Assembly (NCBI GenBank): GCA_963769425.1
Contig: CAVYLP010000006.1
Coordinates: 672,001 to 736,000 of the forward strand
Direction of reading: 5' to 3'
DNA length: 64,000 nt
Source: Candidatus Bathyarchaeota archaeon
GTDB lineage: Archaea; Thermoproteota; Bathyarchaeia; TCS64
Every line of letters begins with the position of its first letter. Within the stretch, counting starts at the first letter, position 1. The notes below the pieces were generated by a model, which saw nothing but the letters and a program-made list of their open reading frames with translations, searched no databases and had not been told where the DNA came from. Positions 39,644-49,991 of this stretch are shown here, one piece after another. The position numbers were made by a program, and so were the translations under genes.

Positions 39644-40621
39644 TTGACAGTAAAATTTGCTATACCTAAAGGACACCTCAGCGAGAAGACCCTAAACGTT
39701 CTCAACCGTGCCGGTTACAGCATCCACGGTGACGACAGAACATATAGGCCGAGCATCGATGACCCCGGGATCGAGATGAAAGTGCTCCGTCCTCAGGAGA
39801 TACCCATCTTCGTGGCTGAAGGAATGCAGGATGTGGGAATAAGCGGCAGGGACTGGGTACAGGAGACCCAAGCAGATGTAGAGGTGCTCCTCGATCTCGA
39901 ATATAGCCGTGTTAAGCTAGTTTTAGCCGTTCCAAAAACTAGCCCATATTCTAGTCTAGAGGATATGCTGACGGCCTACATCACGGAGGGACGCACCCTA
40001 CGGGTTTCAACCGAGTACCTAAATGCTGCAGCTGATTTTATTAAAAAATCCAAAGCCTACCAGTCGAAGTGGGGCGAAACCAATCCCATCATTGTGACTC
40101 CTTGGTGGAGGAAGGGCGAGGTCGAAGCCGTGGCCATCTACCTGAGCTTCGGGGCCACCGAGGCAAAACCCCCAGAGGACGCCGACGCAATAATGGAGGT
40201 AGTTGACACAGGAACAAGTCTGAGCCAAAACAACCTGAAGATCATCGATACAGCGATGGAGACGACTGCACTCTTCATAGCAAACAAGTCTGCTCTCAGG
40301 GACCCAGCCAAGCGGGAGAAGATCATGGACATTCTCACGCTCCTACGCGGAGCAGTGGATGCCTCAAAGAAGCTTCACATCTTCGCCAACGTGCGTCGCG
40401 AGAACCTCGACGAGTTACTCATGAAGCTACCCGCACTAAAGAAGCCGACCATCTCCCCGCTCAGCGACCCCGAGTGGGTGGACGTCAATACAATAATCGA
40501 CAAACGAGTTTTCCTCGAAATCCTGCCGAGTCTCAGGTGCCTCGCGCAGGGGCTAGTAGTCTATGAACCACGGCAGGTCCTACCCCTCGAGGAGATACAG
40601 GCGGAGAACGGGCGCACATGA
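39644..40621 (+). CDS. hisG: ATP phosphoribosyltransferase (long form)
   Basis: AIPKG.L, RPQEIP, D.GISG.D, GATEA, DTGTSL..N.L and C-terminal regulatory PTISPL. Confidence 0.95.
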   Translation: MTVKFAIPKGHLSEKTLNVLNRAGYSIHGDDRTYRPSIDDPGIEMKVLRPQEIPIFVAEGMQDVGISGRDWVQETQADVEVLLDLEYSRVKLVLAVPKTSPYSSLEDMLTAYITEGRTLRVSTEYLNAAADFIKKSKAYQSKWGETNPIIVTPWWRKGEVEAVAIYLSFGATEAKPPEDADAIMEVVDTGTSLSQNNLKIIDTAMETTALFIANKSALRDPAKREKIMDILTLLRGAVDASKKLHIFANVRRENLDELLMKLPALKKPTISPLSDPEWVDVNTIIDKRVFLEILPSLRCLAQGLVVYEPRQVLPLEEIQAENGRT

Positions 40622-41904
40622 TGAAGATAGTCACAGAGGAACCCTTGTGGCTCATGGAACGCAGGTGGCCCAACGCCTCAGCACAGAGCACGACGGTTGA
40701 AGCTGCCGTCAAGGGCATCATCGAGGACGTGCGGCGCCGAGGCGATACAGCTCTGGTCGAGTACACCGAGAAGTTTGATGGTGTCAAGCTTACACCGGCG
40801 ATGTTCAAGGTCACCCGTGAGGAAATATCGGAAGCCTACAGGCTGGTCAAGCCGGAGACCGTTGAAGCCCTCCGTAGGGCCCGTGACCGGCTCGAAGCGA
40901 ACGAGACCAAGCGTCTCAAGGGGCTTAGCTTCACAACAAACATAGACGGTGTCACCGTGCGGCACGAGCCACGTCCCCTTCGGAGGGTCGGGTGCTATGT
41001 CCCGGGGGGCAAAGCCGCGTACCCGAGCAGTCTGGTCATGAATGTGACCCCCGCCAAGGTGGCTGGAGTCGATGAGGTGATCGTGGTTACGCCGCCAGGG
41101 CGGGATGGTAAGGTGACGCCCCTCACGCTCTTAGCCGCCGATGTCTGCTGCGCGGACTCTGTCTATAAGGTGGGTGGGGCACAGGCGGTGGCTGCCCTTG
41201 CCTTCGGGACAGGCACGATTCCCCGAGTCGACAAGATCGTGGGGCCAGGAAACCAGTATGTGACTGCCGCTAAGGGTCTTGTTCAAAGGTGGGTCGCCAT
41301 CGACAAACCCGCGGGACCTACTGAGATTTTGGTGGTCGCCGACGACTCTGCGGACCCACGACTCGTAGCACTCGACCTCGTAAGCCAGGCTGAGCACGGC
41401 CCCGGAGGCGTATGCGGCGTCGTGACGGATTCCCGAGTCTTTGCGGACGCGGTGAATAGGGAGCTTGAGGCGGTGATCGCCTCTGTGCCCCGATCCGAGT
41501 ACGTTAAGCCGGTTCTCAATGAAGGTGGATTCATCTACCTTGTCTCGAGCATGGCTGAGGCCGCCGACTTTGCGGATAGGTTCGCGCCCGAACACGTCGA
41601 GGTGGCGGCGAGGGATCCGTGGGCTCTAGTGGAGCGGATACGGGGAGCCGGATTGATCCTCGTGGGCTCAAACTCCCCCGTGAGCGCCACCGACTATGCC
41701 CTCGGCGTAAACCACGTCCTCCCCACTGGGGGGTACGGGCGGATAGCAGGGGGTCTGACCGTCCTTGACTACGTCAAACCCGTGAGCATCGTCGAGGCGT
41801 CTCTCGGGGGGTTAGAAGCCGTCCGAGGTATAGTCGGCGTCCTCGCGGAGGCTGAGGGGCTCCCCAACCACGCCCGGGCCGTCGAGGGGAGGTTCAGGCG
41901 ATGA
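40618..41904 (+). CDS. hisD: Histidinol dehydrogenase
   Basis: YVPGGKA.YPSS, GGAQA, GPGN, AGPTE, QAEH, APEH and NHVLPT motifs. Confidence 0.96.
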   Translation: MMKIVTEEPLWLMERRWPNASAQSTTVEAAVKGIIEDVRRRGDTALVEYTEKFDGVKLTPAMFKVTREEISEAYRLVKPETVEALRRARDRLEANETKRLKGLSFTTNIDGVTVRHEPRPLRRVGCYVPGGKAAYPSSLVMNVTPAKVAGVDEVIVVTPPGRDGKVTPLTLLAADVCCADSVYKVGGAQAVAALAFGTGTIPRVDKIVGPGNQYVTAAKGLVQRWVAIDKPAGPTEILVVADDSADPRLVALDLVSQAEHGPGGVCGVVTDSRVFADAVNRELEAVIASVPRSEYVKPVLNEGGFIYLVSSMAEAADFADRFAPEHVEVAARDPWALVERIRGAGLILVGSNSPVSATDYALGVNHVLPTGGYGRIAGGLTVLDYVKPVSIVEASLGGLEAVRGIVGVLAEAEGLPNHARAVEGRFRR

Positions 41905-42959
41905 AGATCGAAGAGACCCTCCGAAGACTTGAAGCATTGAACGGGTACACGACGAGCGGCGAAACCCCTCGCGTCAAGCTGGACGCAAACGAGAACCTGT
42001 TCCTCCCGCGAGATGTGATGCGTGGCTATCTACGGGAGGCCGCCGAGCTCTCTGATCCCCGCCTGTATCCTGCCGATGAGGCTGATGAACTTCAAGCCGC
42101 GATAGCTAAACGGATCGGGGTAGACGCTGATCAAGTTGTTCTGGGCGGTGGAGGCGACCAACTCATAAATCTGCTAACCACTGTCCTCCTACGTCCCGGG
42201 GACGGGCTCCTCTCGGTGACCCCTACCTTCAGTATGTATCAGGTCGCCGCCTCGATCCGGGGCGTCGAGCACCAGAAGTCCCCCCTAGACCCTGACTTTA
42301 TCCTTGATCCATTGCGCCTCCTAGCCGCCGTTAAGGGGAACACGCAGATGATCGAGATCGTTAACCCCAACAACCCGATCGGCGTCCAGTTCGGCGAGGA
42401 TGCCGTCAAGAAGGTAGTTCAGGGGTTCAAGGGCCCCGTGCTTGTGGATGAAGCCTACGTTGATTACGGCAGATACAGCCTCGTCGGCTCCTGTCGGGAG
42501 ATCGAGAACTTGATGGTTCTCCGGACCTTCTCAAAGGCTTATGGGCTCGCGGGGCTCAGGCTCGGTTACCTCGTGGCTGGGTCCCGGCTAGCGTCGGCGC
42601 TCCGAGGCGTTCAGGACCCATACCCGGCGTCAGGGATCGCTTTACGGATGGGGCTAAGGATGTTGCGTGAGACCCGGATCATTGACGAAGCCGTCGGGCA
42701 GTTGAAGAAGGAGCGTGCCTGGCTCACGTCTGAACTGTCCCAAATCCCGGGAGTGGTGGTGATCCCGAGTGACTCAAGCTTCATCACGTTCAAGACCCCC
42801 CGAAACGCCGCCTCCATCAGGGAAACACTGCTGGTTAGGGGTGTAGCCGTGAGGCTCGTTAAAGAGATCCCGGGACTAGGAGATTGCCTGCGCGTCACCG
42901 TCGCACCCCGACCAATGTTGAAAGGGTTCCTTACGTGCCTAGGGGAGGCGCTGGCGTGA
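41901..42959 (+). CDS. hisC: Histidinol-phosphate aminotransferase
   Basis: LDANEN, PNNP, DEAY and RTFSKAYGLAGLRLG motifs. Confidence 0.94.
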   Translation: MKIEETLRRLEALNGYTTSGETPRVKLDANENLFLPRDVMRGYLREAAELSDPRLYPADEADELQAAIAKRIGVDADQVVLGGGGDQLINLLTTVLLRPGDGLLSVTPTFSMYQVAASIRGVEHQKSPLDPDFILDPLRLLAAVKGNTQMIEIVNPNNPIGVQFGEDAVKKVVQGFKGPVLVDEAYVDYGRYSLVGSCREIENLMVLRTFSKAYGLAGLRLGYLVAGSRLASALRGVQDPYPASGIALRMGLRMLRETRIIDEAVGQLKKERAWLTSELSQIPGVVVIPSDSSFITFKTPRNAASIRETLLVRGVAVRLVKEIPGLGDCLRVTVAPRPMLKGFLTCLGEALA

Positions 42960-44099
42960 GCAACTATATCGAGTTCGAGACGCCCGAGGGCGTCTGCTAC
43001 GTGCGGGAGGACCGGGTCCCGTGGTTCGCGGGTGTGGATGTCGCCGTCTTCGACTGCGACGGTGTCCTCCTCGATATCCGGGAATCCTACTGGAGGGCCG
43101 CCGCGGAGACCGCCGTCATAGTACTCGAAGCTTTAACCGGAGCTAGGGTCAGCCTGGGTGTATTCGACCGTGACGTGGACTTCGCGTTCAAGAAGACGGG
43201 GGGCTTCAACAACGACTGGTCTCTGACCTATGCGTATATTATAGGTACTCTCGGCACTCTGTCGAATGAGGCGCTTCGTCGCCTAGATGAGGCCGCAGCC
43301 CGGGTCCCGGAGGCGAAGCCCTCTGAGAGATTACAGTCGTTCTCCTCTTTTAGATCCCCCATTAAGGTTGAAGAGGAGAAAATCCGCGCCTCTCTGATCG
43401 AATTAGCCGGGTCGGTTGGACCTGGAGGCGTCGATTCCGTTGATCAACTGCTGCTTCCACGAGTTGGATCAAACATCAAGTGGCTCCTCCGATATCGCGG
43501 GGATGTAGGCGTCAGCGTAGTCTCCACACTCTTTGAGGAGTTGTTCGCGGGAGCTAGTCTCTTCAAGGAAACCTTTGGCATCCCCGCTCAATTCACTCAG
43601 CGAGTCGGAGGTTACATCGACGCCGAACGGGTAATCCCTACGCCAGCCGTTTTCCTGCGGCTTGAACGCCTCCTCGGGGGACGCCGATTCGGAGTCGCCT
43701 CGGGGAGTCTAATGAACAGCGCCCGCCGTGTCCTCGGAGAAACTTGGCGCGTTTTTCCCCGTGAGGCCCAAGTCTGGCACGACGACGTGGACAGGACGAT
43801 GGCCGAGACGGGGGCCAGAGGTCTCCACAAGCCGTCCGGATACCCGCTCTTACGTGCCTCCTCCATATACGAGCCCTTCAAACGGGCCGTTTACGTGGGG
43901 GATACAATGACGGATTCTCATCGCCACCCGGAACGCGGCGACGGAGACCCCCCGCTACGTCTTCATGGGGGTCTACTCCTCTGTGGACTCTCCAAATGAG
44001 ACCCTCCAAATGTTTATCGATGAGGGGGCTGACGCCATCGCCCCGAGCGTCAACCAGCTTCCAGATGTGCTAGAGTGGGCGAGAAGTGAACAGCTTTGA
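42956..44099 (+). CDS. HAD-family hydrolase, probable histidinol-phosphate phosphatase (apparent +1 frameshift at about 43915)
   Basis: FDCDGVL motif I, GFNNDW, KP and YVGDT..D motifs. Removing one T restores ...GADAIAPSVNQLP ending at 44099 and overlapping the hisB start. Confidence 0.8.
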
Positions 44100-44671
44100 G
44101 AAACTATGAAAAGAATCGTGAAACCCGTGAGACCCGAGTAAAGGTCCAATTAAACCTAGACGGCACAGGTGTAAGCCGCGTCGATACGTCGGTACTATTC
44201 CTGAACCACATGTTGACAAGCCTCTCCACTCACAGCATGATCGACCTCACCGTGGAGGCGTCGGGGGACCTTAGCCACCACATCGTGGAAGACGTCGCCC
44301 TCGTCCTAGGCGACGCTCTTAGGGGTGCCCTCGGGGACGCCAGCGGGATAACACGCTTCGCCTCGGCGGCGGTTCCAATGGATGAGAGCCTTGCGGAGGC
44401 AGCCTTGGATCTGAGCGGTCGACCTTACTCGGTGATCAGCCTCGGCACCCGGGGAGAGCGGGTGGAGGACATGGCGTGCGAGGACGCTGCACACTTCCTA
44501 CAGAGCCTCGCCTCATCCGCCCGTATCACCCTTCACATCAACGTATCGTACGGCACCAATGATCACCACAAGATTGAAGCCGCCTTCAAGGCCCTCGCCC
44601 TCAGTCTACGTGAAGCGATACGCCTCGACCCAGCTCGGGTCGGTGCACCAAGCAGCAAGGGGCTACTCTGA
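44096..44671 (+). CDS. hisB: Imidazoleglycerol-phosphate dehydratase
   Basis: RETRET, HHIVED, PMDE and NDHHKIEA.FKA motifs. Confidence 0.96.
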   Translation: MRNYEKNRETRETRVKVQLNLDGTGVSRVDTSVLFLNHMLTSLSTHSMIDLTVEASGDLSHHIVEDVALVLGDALRGALGDASGITRFASAAVPMDESLAEAALDLSGRPYSVISLGTRGERVEDMACEDAAHFLQSLASSARITLHINVSYGTNDHHKIEAAFKALALSLREAIRLDPARVGAPSSKGLL

Positions 44672-45273
44672 TGCCAAAGGTAGCGGTCCTCGACTACAAG
44701 GTCGGGAACATCTTCAGCATGATGAGCGCTCTGAAGCGGACCGGGCTTGAGGTCGAGTTGACATCGGACCCCGCGAGGATCAGGGCGGCTGATGGGCTGG
44801 TGCTTCCCGGGGTCGGCAACTTCGGGGTTGCGTCCCGCATGTTGGAGCCTTACCGCGGTGCGTTAACCGAAGCCCTAGAGTCTGGTAAGCCGATGCTGGG
44901 GAGCTGCCTAGGGATGCAGCTCCTCTTCGAGGCCAGCGAGGAGGCTGAGGGTGTCGGTCTCGGGTTCATAAAGGGATGCGTCAGGCGGTTCGGTGAGGGG
45001 GTCAAGGTGCCCCACATGGGGTGGAATCAGGTGACACCGGCGAAACCTTGCCCCCTACTCGAAGGCGTGGAGGACGAATACTTCTACTTCGTTCACAGCT
45101 TCTACCCGGATCCAGCGGATCCTGAGGACGCGGTAGCGACCACCGAGTACGATGGCTGCTTTGTGAGCGTCGTCGCTCGGGGATGCCTCTACGGGACCCA
45201 GTTCCACCCAGAGAAGTCGGGGGCCTCCGGCGCGGCCCTTCTCCGCAACTACGCGGGGCTACTCAAGAGGTGA
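44671..45273 (+). CDS. hisH: Imidazole glycerol phosphate synthase glutaminase subunit
   Basis: LPGVG, CLGMQ, PHMGWN, YFVHS and QFHPEKS motifs. Confidence 0.96.
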   Translation: MPKVAVLDYKVGNIFSMMSALKRTGLEVELTSDPARIRAADGLVLPGVGNFGVASRMLEPYRGALTEALESGKPMLGSCLGMQLLFEASEEAEGVGLGFIKGCVRRFGEGVKVPHMGWNQVTPAKPCPLLEGVEDEYFYFVHSFYPDPADPEDAVATTEYDGCFVSVVARGCLYGTQFHPEKSGASGAALLRNYAGLLKR

Positions 45274-45985
45274 TGATGATGCAGGTGATTCCGGCTGTTG
45301 ATATCATGGACGCCCGCACCGTGCGCCTCGTAAAGGGGATTGAATTCGAGAGGAAAGACTACGGTGATCCCCTAGAAGCCGCCCTTCTCTGGGCCAAGCA
45401 GGGTGCAAAGATGATCCACGTCATAGACCTCGACGCCGCCCTCGACAAAAGAAGCAATCGGGGGTTGTACAGAGGATCATCAAGGAGGCGGGTGTAGACG
45501 TTCAGGTTGGGGGCGGAGTCCGTTCCATCGACGACGCCGCGGCACTCCTCGACGGCGGCGCCTACCGCGTGATCCTCGGGTCCCTCGCGTTCCAAGACTC
45601 AGGAGCCGTCGAAAGGCTCCTCCACCTCTACGGGGAGGAAAGAATAGTCGTTTCCCTTGACCACTCGGGGGGCATACTCAAGGTAAACGGGTGGCGTACC
45701 GAGGCAGGGGTCAGCATCGACGAAGCCTTCGACAGCTTCACGGGGCTTGGCGTCTCAAGGTTCCTCGTCACCTGCATCGACGTGGACGGCATGCTCGGCT
45801 CCCCCGACATCGCCACCGTCAAGGGCCTCACCGCCCGTGCGCGGATCATGGCGGCGGGGGGAGTCGGAAGCCTAGGCGACCTCAAGCAGCTCAAGTCGGC
45901 GGGGGTCGAAGCCGCGGTGGTCGGAAAAGCCCTCTACGAGGGGAGATTCACCCTAACACAAGCACTGGAGGCTACCGAGAGTTGA
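45273..45985 (+). CDS. hisA: ProFAR isomerase HisA (apparent -1 frameshift in G5 run 45460-45464)
   Basis: VIPAVD...[11 protein letters not shown]; adding one G continues into QVGGGVRS...RVILGS...DG.L..PD...AGGV...GKALY. Confidence 0.9.
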
Positions 45986-46785
45986 CCCTCACCAAGCGGA
46001 TAATCCCGTGCCTCGACGTCAAGGATGGCAGGGTCGTTAAAGGTACTCACTTTGAGAACCTTCGCGACGCTGGGGACCCCGTTGAGTTGGCGAAACGCTA
46101 CAGCGCGGAGGGTGCCGATGAGCTCGTATTCCTCGATATTACCGCTAGTAACGAGAAGCGGAGCACACTCACCCGCCTCGTCTCGGGGGTCGCCTCGGAG
46201 CTTGACATCCCCTTCACGGTGGGTGGGGGCATCAGGAGCGTTGATGACATCCGCGCCGTCCTCCTGTCGGGGGCCGACAAGACGAGCCTCAACACGGCCG
46301 CCGTCGATGACCCTTCTCTGATCACGCGGGGTGCCGATGTCTTCGGTGCCCAGTGTGTGGTCTTGGCAGTGGACGCCCGCCGCAACTACGCCCCCAACCC
46401 CGAGGCATACACAGTGCAGACTCGGGAAGGCGCCTGTTGGTTTGAGGTCTACACATACGGCGGACGTAAGGCGACCGGTATCTGCGCAGTAGACTGGAGT
46501 AGGAGAGCCGTCGAACTGGGCGCCGGTGAGATCCTCGTCACGAGTATGGACCGCGATGGCACCAAGGCGGGGTTCGACATCGAGTTGACCCGCAGCATCG
46601 CGGACGCCGTAAACGTCCCGGTGATAGCCAGTGGAGGTGCCGGGGAGCCCCGCCACTTCCTTGAAGCATTAACAGCGGGCAAGGCGGACGCAGCCCTCGC
46701 GGCAAGCGTTTTCCACTACGGGAACTACCCGGTCCCCCTCGTGAAGCGGTACCTAAAGCAGAACGGAGTTGAGGTGAGAATATGA
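45982..46785 (+). CDS. hisF: Imidazole glycerol phosphate synthase cyclase subunit
   Basis: [27 protein letters not shown] and ASGGAG motifs; TTG start at 45982. Confidence 0.96.
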   Translation: MTLTKRIIPCLDVKDGRVVKGTHFENLRDAGDPVELAKRYSAEGADELVFLDITASNEKRSTLTRLVSGVASELDIPFTVGGGIRSVDDIRAVLLSGADKTSLNTAAVDDPSLITRGADVFGAQCVVLAVDARRNYAPNPEAYTVQTREGACWFEVYTYGGRKATGICAVDWSRRAVELGAGEILVTSMDRDGTKAGFDIELTRSIADAVNVPVIASGGAGEPRHFLEALTAGKADAALAASVFHYGNYPVPLVKRYLKQNGVEVRI

Positions 46786-47114
46786 TACAAGTGAAGAGCG
46801 ATGACTTGGACTGGAAGAAGATGGATGGGATATTACCCGTCATTGCCCAGTCTGCGGACACCTTGGAGGTGCTCACGTTAGCCTACATCAATCCAGAGGC
46901 CCTTCGGTTGACCTTCCTGACCGGGTACGCCCACTACTACAGACGGAGCCACCAGCAGGTCATGATGAAGGGAGTCACTAGTGGCAACACCCAGAAGGTT
47001 GAGCGAGTGCTCACCGACTGCGACAACGATGCCGTAGTCTACATCGTCCACCAGAAGGGGCCAGCCTGCCACCTCGGGGAGCAAACCTGCTTCCATAAAC
47101 AGCTCACGGCTTAG
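46782..47114 (+). CDS. hisI: Phosphoribosyl-AMP cyclohydrolase (monofunctional)
   Basis: KG.TSGN.Q, DCDND and ACH.G..TCF; no HisE domain. Confidence 0.93.
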   Translation: MIQVKSDDLDWKKMDGILPVIAQSADTLEVLTLAYINPEALRLTFLTGYAHYYRRSHQQVMMKGVTSGNTQKVERVLTDCDNDAVVYIVHQKGPACHLGEQTCFHKQLTA

Positions 47115-47193
47115 CGCTGTGCTTTCCCATCATCAGATTCAAGTTCCACTCCTATGAATATGGTCAGTGCCTAGGGACCTATTTGGTTCATGG

Positions 47194-47832
47194 TTACGCT
47201 GGTTTTTCTGCGAGTTTTTTGAGCTGGTCGCTTAGTCGTCTGCGGCCGGTTTCGGCTGTTACTTCACTTCTCGTTGCCTCGATGACGGCTCGGGTGATGT
47301 CGAGTTTTCGTCTGAGTCCCTTGAGGAGGCTTGCGTCCTCCATGGCGACGAGGTGGAGGTAGATCTGCTCCATCCGGGTCAGGTTTTGCTCAGCTTTTTC
47401 AAGGTCTCCGATTCTGAGTGCGTCGAGGGCCTCGCGGCGGAGTTCACCTGGGACGTCTCCTAGTCCGAGGAGGTATCGGGTTGGTGTGGCGGCGGCTTGT
47501 TCTAGTGAGGGGTATTTGTCTTCTGCTAGGAGGGTGTGCAGGATTGTCGCCTCGGCGTGTTCCTCGTGTGCGGCTTCAACCTCATCGTATTGGTCGAGTT
47601 CCTGGTGATCGCGGATGTAGGGCTTCATCTCGTCGAGGAGGCGGCGGGCCTCGAGTATGTTGGTTTGTGCTTTTTCTGGTTGTTTGTTGTGGTCGAGTAG
47701 GATGGCTTGCTTGCTGAGTTGTCGGGCTTTTCTAGCCCTGGTTAGGGCTTCGTCTCGTGCTTTTTCGCGGTCTAGGAGCTCGTCCGAAGTCTTGTTGATG
47801 ATGTTTTGGAGTGTCTCCTCGTCGCTTGGCAT
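47194..47832 (-). CDS. Translin/TRAX-family (C3PO-like) protein
   Basis: EE.AEA, YLLGLGDVPGELRR.ALD and GLRRKLD motifs. Confidence 0.85.
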   Translation of the reverse strand: MPSDEETLQNIINKTSDELLDREKARDEALTRARKARQLSKQAILLDHNKQPEKAQTNILEARRLLDEMKPYIRDHQELDQYDEVEAAHEEHAEATILHTLLAEDKYPSLEQAAATPTRYLLGLGDVPGELRREALDALRIGDLEKAEQNLTRMEQIYLHLVAMEDASLLKGLRRKLDITRAVIEATRSEVTAETGRRRLSDQLKKLAEKPA

Positions 47833-48110
47833 GGGTGTTTCTTGTTTCTCGGAGCTATAAATGCGCTAGGATATCATTATTAGCGGTTTTACAGTTCGCT
47901 CCCGTAGCTGGTTAATTATTTCTTGCCACGGGGCATGAGGAAAAAACATGGAATTTGCGTCGGTGGCAAGGTATCTAGATCACAATTACTCGATTGTAGA
48001 AACTAATTAGTGGATTTAGGAGGAAAAGCAAGCAGTCTTTTATTGATAACTGATATAAACCAACTTGTTAACCTTTATTCTGGCTCAATTATTCTAGTCT
48101 GGATGATGAT

Positions 48111-48506
48111 GTGACTATGTCCGAAGTTAGGAAGAAGATCGAGAAGGAGAATGGGAAGTTCGGGGAATACGTTAGGCGAAGCGACGCGAAGGCAATCTCG
48201 GCCCTCTACACGGATGGGGCGAGTCTACTACCGGTTGGCATGAAGTCCATCGATGGTAGAAGGGCCATCGAGCAGTTCTGGGGTGGTGCAATTAAGAACA
48301 TGGGGCTAAAGGATGTCGTTCTTAAAACTGTGGAGGTTTTGGGTTCGGGTGACTCGGTGACTGAGAGGGGAGAGTACGTCCTCAAGTTCGAGGCCAATGG
48401 AAAAGCTACGGAAGACAAGGGTAAGTATCTAGTTGTGTGGAAGAATATGCCTGAGGGTTGGAAGCTCCACTGGGATATGTGGACCTCGAACTTGTCTCAG
48501 AAGTAA
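48111..48506 (+). CDS. NTF2-like/DUF4440 protein
   Basis: DA.AI..LYT.GA...GR.AI...W and GKYLVVWK....WK...D.W motifs. Confidence 0.85.
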   Translation: MTMSEVRKKIEKENGKFGEYVRRSDAKAISALYTDGASLLPVGMKSIDGRRAIEQFWGGAIKNMGLKDVVLKTVEVLGSGDSVTERGEYVLKFEANGKATEDKGKYLVVWKNMPEGWKLHWDMWTSNLSQK

Positions 48507-48584
48507 AATATCTTTTTTCCATTTTGATATTATTTCTAAAAATAAATTATCGTTTTCCTCTATTTTAATGAGGATAAATGGAGA

Positions 48585-49609
48585 TTAGCCCGTGAAGAAG
48601 GTGATGATGGTAGGGAGCGGTCCCTTAACGACGCTGGAGACGCTACCGTTGGTTGTATCGATCTTGTAGAGTGTAAAGTTTGTTATCACCTTACTCTGGA
48701 GGGCGTAGGTGTTGTAGTAGGAGGTCATCTCGCTGGTAGCTATTCTTGCAGTAACTTGGTTGAAATCGTGTGTAATGTAGCGGCCGGCGGTGTCGAAAAT
48801 CGTCAGTAGTCCATTCCCTGATGGGACGAAGATCGCGGCGGTCTGTGTTCCGTCCATGAAGTCGACTATTCCGAGGTATATTGTCTGTGGGGCTTTCTTG
48901 ATGTTCTGCTGGTAGTTGATCATCATCGCATACTGGAGGGTTGCTTGGTCGACGGCATTACCCTCGAGGTACTTGATTGTCTCGGTGGGGGTTCTATAGT
49001 AGACTTCGTGGTACTGAACATCGAAACTCGATACGGTTTTTGTGCCGTTGATCATGGTGTATTGTAGTTGAAGGAACGGGAAGCCGATCTGGTGGACAGA
49101 TGTGACGAAGCCTGATACATAGGCGTAGATTTTGTTGTAAGCTGAAAGGTAATCGGGCTCACTGCTGATCTATGTTCGACACGATGGTTTGTGACTGAGT
49201 TGACCTCCTGGCTGTTGAGAGTACGGGTGAAGGCCTTGGGAGACGAATCCAACCGAGTAGAGAGTACTGTTAAGCGCCACTACATCGTTGGAGATGGATC
49301 CAAGGAAGCCCTTCAGGTCCTTGTAGTTTGATTGAGTCTGCCCGTAGCTTCCCTGAAGCTGTGTGTATTTGTCGGTGAGGGTCTTATTTTGGGTGCTTAA
49401 CTTAGTATAATCCGCCTGAAGGGTGTCCTTCTGGGTCGATAGCACTTGATACTGACATGACAGAGTGATGTATTGGAGCTGTGTGTCGGTTAGGCGATCC
49501 CTTTTAGGTCGACAATCTGGCTGTTATAAACGGCGAATCCGCCTCCGAAGCCTACTACGGCTCCGGCGATTATACCTACCACTAAGAGAACGAGTGGCTT
49601 TGATTCCAT
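48585..49609 (-). pseudogene. Membrane-anchored coiled-coil plus transglutaminase-like protein, broken by about 4 small insertions (pseudogene or sequence error)
   Basis: ATG 49609 gives MESKPLVLLVVGIIAGAVVGFGGG (TM). The frames join after removing extra bases near 49500, 49240, 49190 and 49165, leading into ORF 48585-49055. Confidence 0.6.
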
Positions 49610-49725
49610 GGTTTTTCGATACCTTAGTTGATAGCAAAGAATATAACCTAAATGAATCTCGCTCCGTGTTTTTGGGGATACGAATTGTTAATGTTTAAAA
49701 GAGGTATTGGATGTATGATTTGACT

Positions 49726-49891
49726 ATGGCCAACTTAGATCGTCTGTTTTCTGAGGCTATCATCTTCCTGCTGGTGCTGGCCTTGGAGTGGTATCACGAT
49801 TAAGCCAATGGTCGGCGACATCATTGGTTACGTGTTGATAGGAATTACCGTAATACTGCTGCTTCTTGATATTCTAAGGAATGCGCTTTGA
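49726..49891 (+). CDS. Small two-TM protein with an apparent +1 frameshift
   Basis: Removing one G near 49785 gives MANLDRLFSEAIIFLLVLALSGITIKPMVGDIIGYVLIGITVILLLLDILRNAL. Confidence 0.4.
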
Positions 49892-49991
49892 CAATTAAAA
49901 TCGAAGTATGAATTTTAATTGTTGAAGGATTCGACATTACGGTATGCCTCAGCAATTTATTTCCTGAGTAATTAGGTGAGGTTATGGAGTT

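Noticed and set aside
47922-47970. 8-bp inverted repeat CTTGCCAC/GTGGCAAG in a divergent intergenic region
   Set aside because: Single short repeat with a 33-nt spacer and no other support.
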